From a virus (Duplodnaviria; Heunggongvirae; Uroviricota; Caudoviricetes): a stretch of DNA of 41,841 bases. Of the stretch, positions 1 through 7,258 are shown in pieces. Every line of letters begins with the position of its first letter. Within the stretch, counting starts at the first letter, position 1. The position numbers and the translations under genes are program-made. The stretch is from positions 1 through 41,841 of the IMG/VR virus record IMGVR_UViG_3300033156_001223; one strand, written 5' to 3'. The notes under the pieces are model-generated. The model worked only from the letters and a program-made list of their open reading frames with translations. It was not told the origin of the DNA and searched no databases.

Positions 1-68
1 TTCTCATATTTACGGAGGAATAGTCTTCTTCCTTGCTCTGTCTCATGCCCGTGCGAAACTACTTTCAT
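1..68 (-). CDS. 5' part of another array-1 paralog, truncated by window edge (MKVVSHGHETEQGRRLFLRKYE...)
   Basis: Manual translation from ATG at 68, SD GGAGGGGG directly after the stop of the previous gene; N-terminus matches MRVAEHGQE/MKVVEHGEE of neighbours. Confidence 0.7.
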   Translation of the reverse strand, partial: MKVVSHGHETEQGRRLFLRKYE

Positions 69-77
69 ACCCCCTCC

Positions 78-527
78 TTATGAAATATGTATTTCTTCTA
101 CTTCGAATCCATACCTCCCCAAAATCTCACGAACTTGTGCCCAAAACAGAGGAATTTCTACATCATCTGATATGTATTGATGATAACTTAGTAATTCCAG
201 AAGGGAAGCGGCTAAATCTATCATTTCTTGAAGATCATCAAGACTAAGGTCTCCTTGTAAATAATAATGCACATGTTGCACCACATCACAGCATAAGACT
301 AATGCCCTAGTCTGGGCAATTTTGGAATCTGTTATCCCAAAAAGCCCGGCTTTCTCATTTTTACGTAGCCAAAATCCAGTCGTACCTTCAAGTGCAGCAC
401 TAGTCAGTTGATAAGTATTGTGGCATATCCTAAACTCCTTCTTTACATTCTCTGGGCCTCTATAATGCCTAATAATTACTTTATTTGTTTGGTTATTTTT
501 TTCTTGATCATGAAGAACTACTTTCAT
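78..527 (-). CDS. Array-1 paralog, hypothetical (~150 aa)
   Basis: Start moved from 548 to ATG 527 (MKVVLH, purine-rich SD-like GGGGGATAGG). Shares F-x-I..Y.LT..AL.G..GFW and DLQE.IDLA..L..LL.YH.Y motifs with neighbours. Confidence 0.8.
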   Translation of the reverse strand: MKVVLHDQEKNNQTNKVIIRHYRGPENVKKEFRICHNTYQLTSAALEGTTGFWLRKNEKAGLFGITDSKIAQTRALVLCCDVVQHVHYYLQGDLSLDDLQEMIDLAASLLELLSYHQYISDDVEIPLFWAQVREILGRYGFEVEEIHIS

Positions 528-537
528 CCTATCCCCC

Positions 538-987
538 CTACGAAACATCCCGAAATTCTATCTCAAACCCGGTCTTATTGAATAGGTCATATAATTTATG
601 CCAAAAATCGTCAAGATATGACGATCCAACTACATATCCCCAATGATATAGTAATCTACTAAGAGCTGCAGCTAGGTCTAATATCTCCTGCAAATCATGA
701 ATAGTTACTTTTCCGTTTAAATAGTCTACGGTCCGTGCCCGAATGATATCATACAAAGATTCTAACCGCTCTTTAATTTCGTCAATATCATCATTTACTT
801 CGAAGTAGGCTCCTCCTCCATGCATTACCCAGAATCCTGATTCTCCTTGGAGAGCCTTATCAGTTAAATAGTAGTGAACTCCGTCAACTATGAAGGGTGT
901 AAACATGCGAGGATTAATTTCATGATAATGCTTAAAAATGATCTTCTTTTCATGATCTCTTTCTTGTCCATGTTCTGCCACTCTCAT
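538..987 (-). CDS. Array-1 paralog, hypothetical
   Basis: ORF track; SD GGAGGG, TAG-C-ATG coupling; family motifs ALQGESGFW and DLQEILDLA. Confidence 0.85.
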   Translation of the reverse strand: MRVAEHGQERDHEKKIIFKHYHEINPRMFTPFIVDGVHYYLTDKALQGESGFWVMHGGGAYFEVNDDIDEIKERLESLYDIIRARTVDYLNGKVTIHDLQEILDLAAALSRLLYHWGYVVGSSYLDDFWHKLYDLFNKTGFEIEFRDVS

Positions 988-988
988 G

Positions 989-1450
989 CTACCCTCCTAC
1001 ATTTTCATGTTCTGTAGGAACACCTTCGATATCTATATCAACTCCCCCTCTTCTTAGTAGCTCACAAATTTCCGTCCAACAACAGTCACATTGATTCTCT
1101 GAAAAATAGTCGTGCCGAAAGAGGAGGCCGATGATGGCTACACATAAATCTACTGTGTTCTGTAGATCTGATAATGATAACCGGCCACGCAAAAATTCTG
1201 CAGTGAACTCTTTTATAGTAGTATACAAAGCTTTTACTGCATCAGTAACACAATGTTCGGAAATAGGGAAAGTACATAAAACACCATCCCGGGTGAGCCA
1301 AAAACCATCCCGCCCCCGCAGAGCAATATTTGCCAAAGAGTAGATAGATTGTCCTATTTCAAAACTAGTTTTTGAGTAATCAAAACTCTTATACCAACGA
1401 ACAGTAACTCTATATCTTGACTCTGAATTATGAGGATCTCCGAATCTCAT
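989..1450 (-). CDS. Array-1 paralog, hypothetical
   Basis: Start moved from 1477 to ATG 1450 (MRFGDPH; GGGAGGAGAA-TAG-C-ATG); motifs ALRGRDGFW and DLQNTVDL. Confidence 0.8.
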   Translation of the reverse strand: MRFGDPHNSESRYRVTVRWYKSFDYSKTSFEIGQSIYSLANIALRGRDGFWLTRDGVLCTFPISEHCVTDAVKALYTTIKEFTAEFLRGRLSLSDLQNTVDLCVAIIGLLFRHDYFSENQCDCCWTEICELLRRGGVDIDIEGVPTEHENVGG

Positions 1451-1451
1451 G

Positions 1452-1907
1452 CTATTCTCCTCCCACGTGTAATGCATCAGTAATTTCGAACCCTAGATCA
1501 CGGAATAGCTTATGTAATTTGGGATAAAAATCGGTAACATCTGAAAAATCTGGTAGGTAATCATGATAGTTAAGTAGTGCAGTAAGTGAGAAGACCAAAT
1601 CTAGGAATTCTTGCAGATCCTCTACTGATAACTCACCATCTAAGTATCGGTCTGTATATATACAAGCAATATCATATAGAGTTAATAGACCTGCTTTAGC
1701 AGTTGTAGTATCTACTATTTTAAAGAAAGTGCCACCTGGATATAATACCCAACACTTTGGTTCTCCCAGAAACGCACTATCGAGTATGTGAAAATCAGCT
1801 CCTCCAACTTTAAAAGGTTCTCTCATTCGTGGGTGAATGCCTTGGTAAAAATTGAAGACAAGCTTTTTATCATGTTTGGTCTCCTCTCCGTGTTCTACCA
1901 CTTTCAT
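1452..1907 (-). CDS. Array-1 paralog, hypothetical
   Basis: Start moved from 1952 to ATG 1907 (MKVVEH; GGGAGGGAGAG-TAG-C-ATG); closest to 538..987 (shared HG.E..H.KK..F..Y..I.PRM..PF.V.G). Confidence 0.85.
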   Translation of the reverse strand: MKVVEHGEETKHDKKLVFNFYQGIHPRMREPFKVGGADFHILDSAFLGEPKCWVLYPGGTFFKIVDTTTAKAGLLTLYDIACIYTDRYLDGELSVEDLQEFLDLVFSLTALLNYHDYLPDFSDVTDFYPKLHKLFRDLGFEITDALHVGGE

Positions 1908-1908
1908 G

Positions 1909-2367
1909 CTACTCTCCCTCCCTATATAACTCATCAGTAAGTTGAAATCCACTATCAGAAAGCATGTCGTAGATCTCGATTCTACGGGCTAAGTAGTATG
2001 TTGATGAGATGTATGCATTGAACTTTAAGAGTCTTATAAAGGCAATGATTAGATCTATAGCGTTTTGTAGGTCTGCAATTCGCAACTCCCCGGTATTAAA
2101 GCGAGTCACTACTTTATCCAAAAATTTCAATGCTTTATCTATTTCTTTATGAACTTGCCTTATAGTTTCAACGAAGCCAAATGGTTCCACTTCTGTTCCT
2201 TCCAAGAGTGTTATCCATCGACCTGGTCTGCCCAACAATGCTGCTTCTGTGAATCGGAGATCATATCCATCTATTTTGAAGCTCTTATTCTTATTGAAAA
2301 TATCTATAATGTTTGGATAAGAAGGAAGACGGACAGACATACTCCGATGGTGATTTATTACTCTCAT
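1909..2367 (-). CDS. Array-1 paralog, hypothetical
   Basis: ORF track; ATGA overlap, SD GAGGAAGAGG; motifs FTEAALLGRPGRW and DLQNAIDL. Confidence 0.85.
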   Translation of the reverse strand: MRVINHHRSMSVRLPSYPNIIDIFNKNKSFKIDGYDLRFTEAALLGRPGRWITLLEGTEVEPFGFVETIRQVHKEIDKALKFLDKVVTRFNTGELRIADLQNAIDLIIAFIRLLKFNAYISSTYYLARRIEIYDMLSDSGFQLTDELYREGE

Positions 2368-2759
2368 ACCTCTTCCTCCTCACAGTCTCTAAGAGATTCC
2401 ACACAAATCTCATGACTGGCTAGAAAATTAAGTATTACTGCTTTCCAAGCCAAATAAAATACCTCTGGTAAGTAACCATTAGCATATAAAAGCCAAATGA
2501 AGGCCATGGCAAGATCAAATGCATCCTGTAAATCTTGAAGCTGTATTTTCTGATTTAGAAAGTCTGATATTACTATTCCTAAAAATCTAATTACTTTTGC
2601 TACTTCTTTTTCAACATAAATAGGATCTCTCTCAACAAGCCCAAATGGATCTATAGGCATTACCCCCCTCAGTTCAATCCACCAGCCGGTTTCAGCATCG
2701 AAAGCTTCTCTAGTAAAACGAAAGCAACATTCCCCTACTTTAAAACTTCTCTCTCGCAA
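2364..2759 (-). CDS. Array-1 paralog lacking the family N-terminal ~25 aa; start uncertain
   Basis: Homology to 1909..2367 (SFK.....RFT..A.....G.WI.L......PFG.VE; DLQDAFDL). TTG start without SD. Confidence 0.7.
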   Translation of the reverse strand: MRERSFKVGECCFRFTREAFDAETGWWIELRGVMPIDPFGLVERDPIYVEKEVAKVIRFLGIVISDFLNQKIQLQDLQDAFDLAMAFIWLLYANGYLPEVFYLAWKAVILNFLASHEICVESLRDCEEEEV

Positions 2760-2763
2760 ATCA

Positions 2764-3117
2764 TTAAAGTCGTGGAAACTCCAATAGGTGCCATAACATA
2801 GCTCTTAATCTTACTAACTCTTTGAAGGCAGCACAGTAATTCCCTCCACACTTTTCCGCTAGTGGACAATCGTTACAAACCATATTACCCATAACTTCCA
2901 CTTCCCCATCTATCTCCTTTGCAAGAAGATCATCATTTCCTACTAATTCTGATGGGTGATCCGAAGTCAGAACCTGTTTCAAAGAAGCTTTGAGCTTTAG
3001 TAGTTCTCCAAGGGCAGAACAAGGCCATTTGCCACACTGCCCCGCTAATTCACAGTTTTTACACATTTCATGCTTTTCAGCTACTCCATCAGTCTTCTGT
3101 GTAGTGTTTTCTGTCAT
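2764..3117 (-). CDS. Small Cys-rich protein with internal duplication, probable metal-binding
   Basis: Two copies of Cx2Cx5Cx4C plus helix: CKNCELAGQCGKWPCSALGELLKLKASL and CNDCPLAEKCGGNYCAAFKELVRLRAML; SD AAGGAGGA. Confidence 0.75.
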   Translation of the reverse strand: MTENTTQKTDGVAEKHEMCKNCELAGQCGKWPCSALGELLKLKASLKQVLTSDHPSELVGNDDLLAKEIDGEVEVMGNMVCNDCPLAEKCGGNYCAAFKELVRLRAMLWHLLEFPRL

Positions 3118-3248
3118 TTCTTCCTCCTTATCTTAAATTTTTTCTATATATCCTTGCAAAGTTCTTTGTTAGCCACGGTATGTCCTCAAAATCAATCGTA
3201 GGAGTAATAATATTCCCAAATATGGGCTATTTTTAATCTTCTCTACCT

Positions 3249-3662
3249 TCAAGGAAATCCTTGAAAGATATCTGAAGTCAACCCCTCGGCCATTAAAGTA
3301 ACTGTATGATGTTCATAACGTTTTGTTGCTTTGACAACACAATAACGCCCCTCATACCTATCCACCATACATTCAAATTCAAAATGATCATCAGCAAGAT
3401 CTTTAAATATTCCTACTTTACAATCTCTTCGAATAACATCTGGATCTACCTCTTCAAAGAAAGCATCATCAAAAACAGAGTTATAAGAAGTTGACAAATT
3501 ACGATCATCACTTACCATAACTTCCACAGCAAGCCCACTAGTTGGGTCCTTAAAGAACCCACCGACATAAAAGGATTGATCCAGCCTGAGTTTATGCTTT
3601 TTAAGAAACTTAGCCAGAAATTTTATTCTCCTATCCTTGCATTTACGATGTCTGAAAAGCAT
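3249..3662 (-). CDS. Hypothetical protein
   Basis: ORF track; SD AGGGGG upstream of ATG. Confidence 0.65.
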   Translation of the reverse strand: MLFRHRKCKDRRIKFLAKFLKKHKLRLDQSFYVGGFFKDPTSGLAVEVMVSDDRNLSTSYNSVFDDAFFEEVDPDVIRRDCKVGIFKDLADDHFEFECMVDRYEGRYCVVKATKRYEHHTVTLMAEGLTSDIFQGFP

Positions 3663-3680
3663 AGCAAACCCCCTAATTGC

Positions 3681-4094
3681 TTACAAAAACTCTACTCGAA
3701 TCATGCGCCATAAGAACCGTTTATTATCCATATAGATACCACATGGTATTGCCAATACTAATCGACCTACTCTTTTTGTTGGATTCCAGCCTATTCCTCT
3801 CCAATTAGGTGAGTGATTCTCATAAACACAGTCTACTGCTCCATTATAACTCCCATGTAACTCACACATAGTCCACAAACGAGAGAATATTATATCTGAG
3901 ATAAGATGACGCAAGCAGCTTCTCTTCAGACCTCTATATCTACACCCAGCTGCCCGATTAATAATATCGTCTATTGTTTGTAGCTTTATTATTCTCTCAT
4001 CGATAGTCATATTCCCGTACAAAGCCTTCTCCAAAAACGAATCAGGAAAGGTCTTAAGAGTTTCTTTAACAATTTTATCTATAAATCCTTCCAT
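3681..4094 (-). CDS. Hypothetical protein
   Basis: Start moved from 4124 to ATG 4094 (MEGF) on SD GGAGGAG. Confidence 0.65.
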   Translation of the reverse strand: MEGFIDKIVKETLKTFPDSFLEKALYGNMTIDERIIKLQTIDDIINRAAGCRYRGLKRSCLRHLISDIIFSRLWTMCELHGSYNGAVDCVYENHSPNWRGIGWNPTKRVGRLVLAIPCGIYMDNKRFLWRMIRVEFL

Positions 4095-4158
4095 AATTAC
4101 TCCTCCATATAGTGAGTAAGCCATGAGTGTAAATATTACATTTCATTGTATACAAAGT

Positions 4159-5037
4159 TCATAGTGATTCTAATTTATGAGTTAGCTGATCAACCCATCC
4201 TTCCAGAGTCTCTATCTCTTTCTTCAGATCATCATCAACCTCTAGCTTTATTTCCTGCAGCTTTCTCACTTCATTCCTTAAGAGGTTCGCTTCTAGAGAA
4301 GAAGTAATCTTTTTCTGTGGATGTGTTGGAGATTTTGCTTCATCAACTGCCTGAGTTGTTAAGGGCATGAGAACCTGATTTATCATTTTCAGTTGATTGA
4401 TCAAGCTGTTGGCCTCGTTTACCGTTTCCAACCCTTCTCTTAAGTCGTTAACCACTTCTTTTACACCCTCCACCCCTTCGAGATATTGCTTATAAGGGGA
4501 TCCGTCTACCAGGTTAACCAACTTCTGTGCATCGTCATGTAAAGATTTTAATGACTCATAATCCATCCCTAGTCCATCCCGCTCAGCTATGGATAGGCAA
4601 ATAGTAGTTAAACCTGCAACAATATACTTTAACAATATATCGGCTTCTTGGATGAGGGCAGCCACATCTTCAACTTCCCAAGTATGATTTACTAGCTCTT
4701 TGATGTCAGCTTCAGCTTTCGGGATGAGAAAATTAAGCACTTTCAGTATTCTATCTTCCCTACTCATCTCAGATGCCTTCAACCCCTCTTCTAAGACATT
4801 AGCTAACGTTTCTAATATTCGGCGTGCTACTTTTGCTTTACCACCCAATGGTATTTTTATACCTTCGAGCATTTCTCTTACTGTGGTGATTATTTGTCGC
4901 ATTTCTTCAAAATCAGTAGTTGGCTTAAACAGTGAGAGACCAAATGCAGCTGTTACATCTACTGATTCCTCTAAAATCTCTGCTACTTGTTCTTCACGAC
5001 TATTAGTTTCTTTGTTATTAGTGGTACATGTATCCAT
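4159..5037 (-). CDS. Hypothetical acidic alpha-helical/coiled-coil protein
   Basis: 292 aa ORF, SD AGGAGGA, heptad-like L/I/E/K pattern. Confidence 0.75.
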   Translation of the reverse strand: MDTCTTNNKETNSREEQVAEILEESVDVTAAFGLSLFKPTTDFEEMRQIITTVREMLEGIKIPLGGKAKVARRILETLANVLEEGLKASEMSREDRILKVLNFLIPKAEADIKELVNHTWEVEDVAALIQEADILLKYIVAGLTTICLSIAERDGLGMDYESLKSLHDDAQKLVNLVDGSPYKQYLEGVEGVKEVVNDLREGLETVNEANSLINQLKMINQVLMPLTTQAVDEAKSPTHPQKKITSSLEANLLRNEVRKLQEIKLEVDDDLKKEIETLEGWVDQLTHKLESL

Positions 5038-5048
5038 TTTTATCCTCC

Positions 5049-5348
5049 TTAATTAGCTTTTTGTCGCACTAATTCAATCATCTTAGCTGCAGCCATTTCA
5101 CCAACCTGAGTAGCAATACTAGCAACCTGGGATGTAAATTCATCATAGTGTGTAGCATGCTGACAGGCAGTGATTATTTCACTCCTCTTCTCTTTTAACT
5201 CTGGATCTTCTAGGACTTTCTGTATTAGTTGTTCATCTTGTAACAAATCTTCATACCCCATCCGTGCAAGAGTATTCATTAGACTAAGGGTACTCCAAAC
5301 AGCTAATAAATGAGTAAACTCTTTAATTAATTTTTCTCTATCATCCAT
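5049..5348 (-). CDS. Hypothetical helical protein
   Basis: Start moved from 5390 to ATG 5348 (MDDREK) on SD GGAGG. Confidence 0.65.
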   Translation of the reverse strand: MDDREKLIKEFTHLLAVWSTLSLMNTLARMGYEDLLQDEQLIQKVLEDPELKEKRSEIITACQHATHYDEFTSQVASIATQVGEMAAAKMIELVRQKAN

Positions 5349-5553
5349 TTTGTTCCTCCTGTCCTTCAAATAAACTGAAAAAACAATCAAAACATAATTC
5401 GGTATATAAGGCTCCCTCTTCTATTAACACGTATACATGAGCAGGATTTTTGCCACACTTGCAGCACAAAGACTCAGGTTCCTTTCGTCTGAAGAGGGGA
5501 GCGAGACAGACAGACAAAAATCTTTTTACTTTGTAAATAATTTTCCTCATCAT
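5341..5553 (-). CDS. Small zinc-finger protein (Cx2C-x20-Cx2C), resembling McsA/ClpE-type N-terminal finger
   Basis: CCKCGKNPAHVYVLIEEGALYTELCFDC; ATGA overlap with upstream gene and SD AAGGGGG. Confidence 0.6.
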   Translation of the reverse strand: MMRKIIYKVKRFLSVCLAPLFRRKEPESLCCKCGKNPAHVYVLIEEGALYTELCFDCFFSLFEGQEEQNG

Positions 5554-5948
5554 TCCCCCTTAATATCGACGTACAAGAGTGCATCACTCAAGCTCTGAGA
5601 AAGAAGAAGAATGGATTGGCTATCTTCAAGAGAAGGATTATCTACTAAGTAGGTGCTTAACAAAGACATAAGAGCATAGGCATGGAGTATATCAACTTGT
5701 GCAATTCCATCTACTATATCTCTTTCATCAATATCCAACTTTTCTATATCTATCTGTTCTACAAAAGTGGAATAAGCTGCTACTGACTGACTTAGTTTAC
5801 TTAGAGCTCCATAAAACTTATTAGCATTGTTCTTCTTCTTTAACCACAAACGTAATGCCTGAACAACACACCACTGTATCTCAAACCCTGCGTTTGCAAT
5901 TTCCCTCTGTAGATCCCCCAACCATTTCTTCATTGTTCGTTCCCTCAC
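5550..5948 (-). CDS. Hypothetical helical protein
   Basis: ORF track; GTGA overlap with upstream stop (alternative start ATG 5933). Confidence 0.65.
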   Translation of the reverse strand: MRERTMKKWLGDLQREIANAGFEIQWCVVQALRLWLKKKNNANKFYGALSKLSQSVAAYSTFVEQIDIEKLDIDERDIVDGIAQVDILHAYALMSLLSTYLVDNPSLEDSQSILLLSQSLSDALLYVDIKGE

Positions 5949-6568
5949 TCAGGAATCTCATCCCATGAGATGGCCCCATCTTCAGATTCTTTTCTCGAAT
6001 TATAATAAACAGCAGCTGTAGTAGTATTGTCCTGAGAAAATGAACTACGCCGATATGTGTCTTCCCATTGGTACCAGTTCCAGTTCTCATCAGTTTCCAA
6101 GCCATCATAGGTATATTTAGGTGAGGATGTTTCCCTGTCTGTCTGTTCATCCTGATTGTCAGTTTCAAACTCAACAGTAACTATCTCAACCGGAGCTACC
6201 TCAAGAACATCATTAATCTGATCAATTACGGAAGATAAATTGAGTCGGAGGGTGTCCAAAGGAGTCATTTCGGTAATTGCATATTTTTCATTGAGAAAAT
6301 TAGATATCCCTGCTTCTAAATTGGATAGAAACCCACGTAATTCAATTAAATTCTGATACTCAAACACATCAAGATCAATTTCTCCATAACTCGGGTTAGG
6401 AAATTCTTGTATGACTCTCCTCAGCAGTTCATCAATTTCTTTCATAGCTTGTTTGTTTCTCTTTTTCATTAAATGTTCTGCGACTATTTTTCCAATAGTA
6501 TCTTTTAGACTCCAAATCTCAGACAGCATAATTTTTCCTTTAAGTTCTTGTGCTGCTCCTTCGGTCAT
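5945..6568 (-). CDS. Hypothetical acidic protein with low-complexity C-terminus
   Basis: ORF track; strong SD AAGGAGGAG. Confidence 0.7.
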   Translation of the reverse strand: MTEGAAQELKGKIMLSEIWSLKDTIGKIVAEHLMKKRNKQAMKEIDELLRRVIQEFPNPSYGEIDLDVFEYQNLIELRGFLSNLEAGISNFLNEKYAITEMTPLDTLRLNLSSVIDQINDVLEVAPVEIVTVEFETDNQDEQTDRETSSPKYTYDGLETDENWNWYQWEDTYRRSSFSQDNTTTAAVYYNSRKESEDGAISWDEIPE

Positions 6569-6588
6569 TTTTTCTCCTCCTTATTAAA

Positions 6589-6753
6589 TTATTCTTCCAA
6601 ACCCCTTGAAAATCTTTCTAAAGATTTTTTAATGGTCAACAATATTTGTTCAAGATGCGTATGAACCATCTTCAAAAGTTGCTCAACTTGCTTAGTGAGT
6701 TCATTAATAGCGGCTTCCAAAGCATCTTTCTGATGTCTGGTATCATCATCCAT
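6589..6753 (-). CDS. Small coiled-coil protein, 54 aa, not in ORF track (MDDDTRHQKDALEAAINELTKQVEQLLKMVHTHLEQILLTIKKSLERFSRGLEE)
   Basis: Manual translation; SD AGGAGGAGTGAT; fills the gap between two co-oriented genes. Confidence 0.75.
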   Translation of the reverse strand: MDDDTRHQKDALEAAINELTKQVEQLLKMVHTHLEQILLTIKKSLERFSRGLEE

Positions 6754-6763
6754 ATCACTCCTC

Positions 6764-7186
6764 CTACTCTTGATTTAATTTCTTATGTATCGTATCTGTC
6801 GACAACACTCGCCCACAAAAAGGGCATCTGGCCTCAACGTCCCCAACTAAAATATCTCCTTCAGAACAAACCACCAACTCAACCTTAATTTTCAAAACTT
6901 CTCCATTACAGTGACATTTGCTCGATTGCCAGATAGAGAAAAGATCCTCTCGAAGAATTGATGCTAATGATGAAAAGTAATTTGGCAACCCTATCAAGTC
7001 TACACACTCACTACAATCACCACAGTCCATCTTTGTTCCTTTTTCTTTATCATCCAATATTGCAAACAGACTATCAGATATTTCTGGTAGTGAAAGTTGA
7101 TTATTACCAGCGTGGTAAATATATTCAAGACTAACATATAGAGTATCTACAGGCATCTGTGCCTTTTTACAAAGAGGCATTGTCAT
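6764..7186 (-). CDS. Hypothetical Cys-containing protein (zinc-ribbon-like CxxC pairs)
   Basis: CGDCSEC, CHC and CPFC motifs; SD GGGGGAG; promoter upstream. Confidence 0.65.
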   Translation of the reverse strand: MTMPLCKKAQMPVDTLYVSLEYIYHAGNNQLSLPEISDSLFAILDDKEKGTKMDCGDCSECVDLIGLPNYFSSLASILREDLFSIWQSSKCHCNGEVLKIKVELVVCSEGDILVGDVEARCPFCGRVLSTDTIHKKLNQE

Positions 7187-7233
7187 CTTCGTTCTCCCCC
7201 TGGCTGGTAAGTTATTGCTTGCTATTCCTAATT

Positions 7234-7242
7234 GTTATAACA
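7234..7242 (-). promoter_or_regulatory. Extended -10-like element TGTTATAAC
   Basis: Intergenic; same motif recurs at 16785, 35181 and 35780 upstream of SD-led genes; no TTGACA-like -35 at 17 bp. Confidence 0.6.
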
Positions 7243-7258
7243 GATTTATATAGGAGTT

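Noticed and set aside
3118-3248. Protein-like open frame PIFGNIITPTIDFEDIPWLTKNFARIYRKNLR in an intergenic gap
   Set aside because: No start codon or SD and no similarity to neighbouring genes that I could see; could be a relic but is unsupported.
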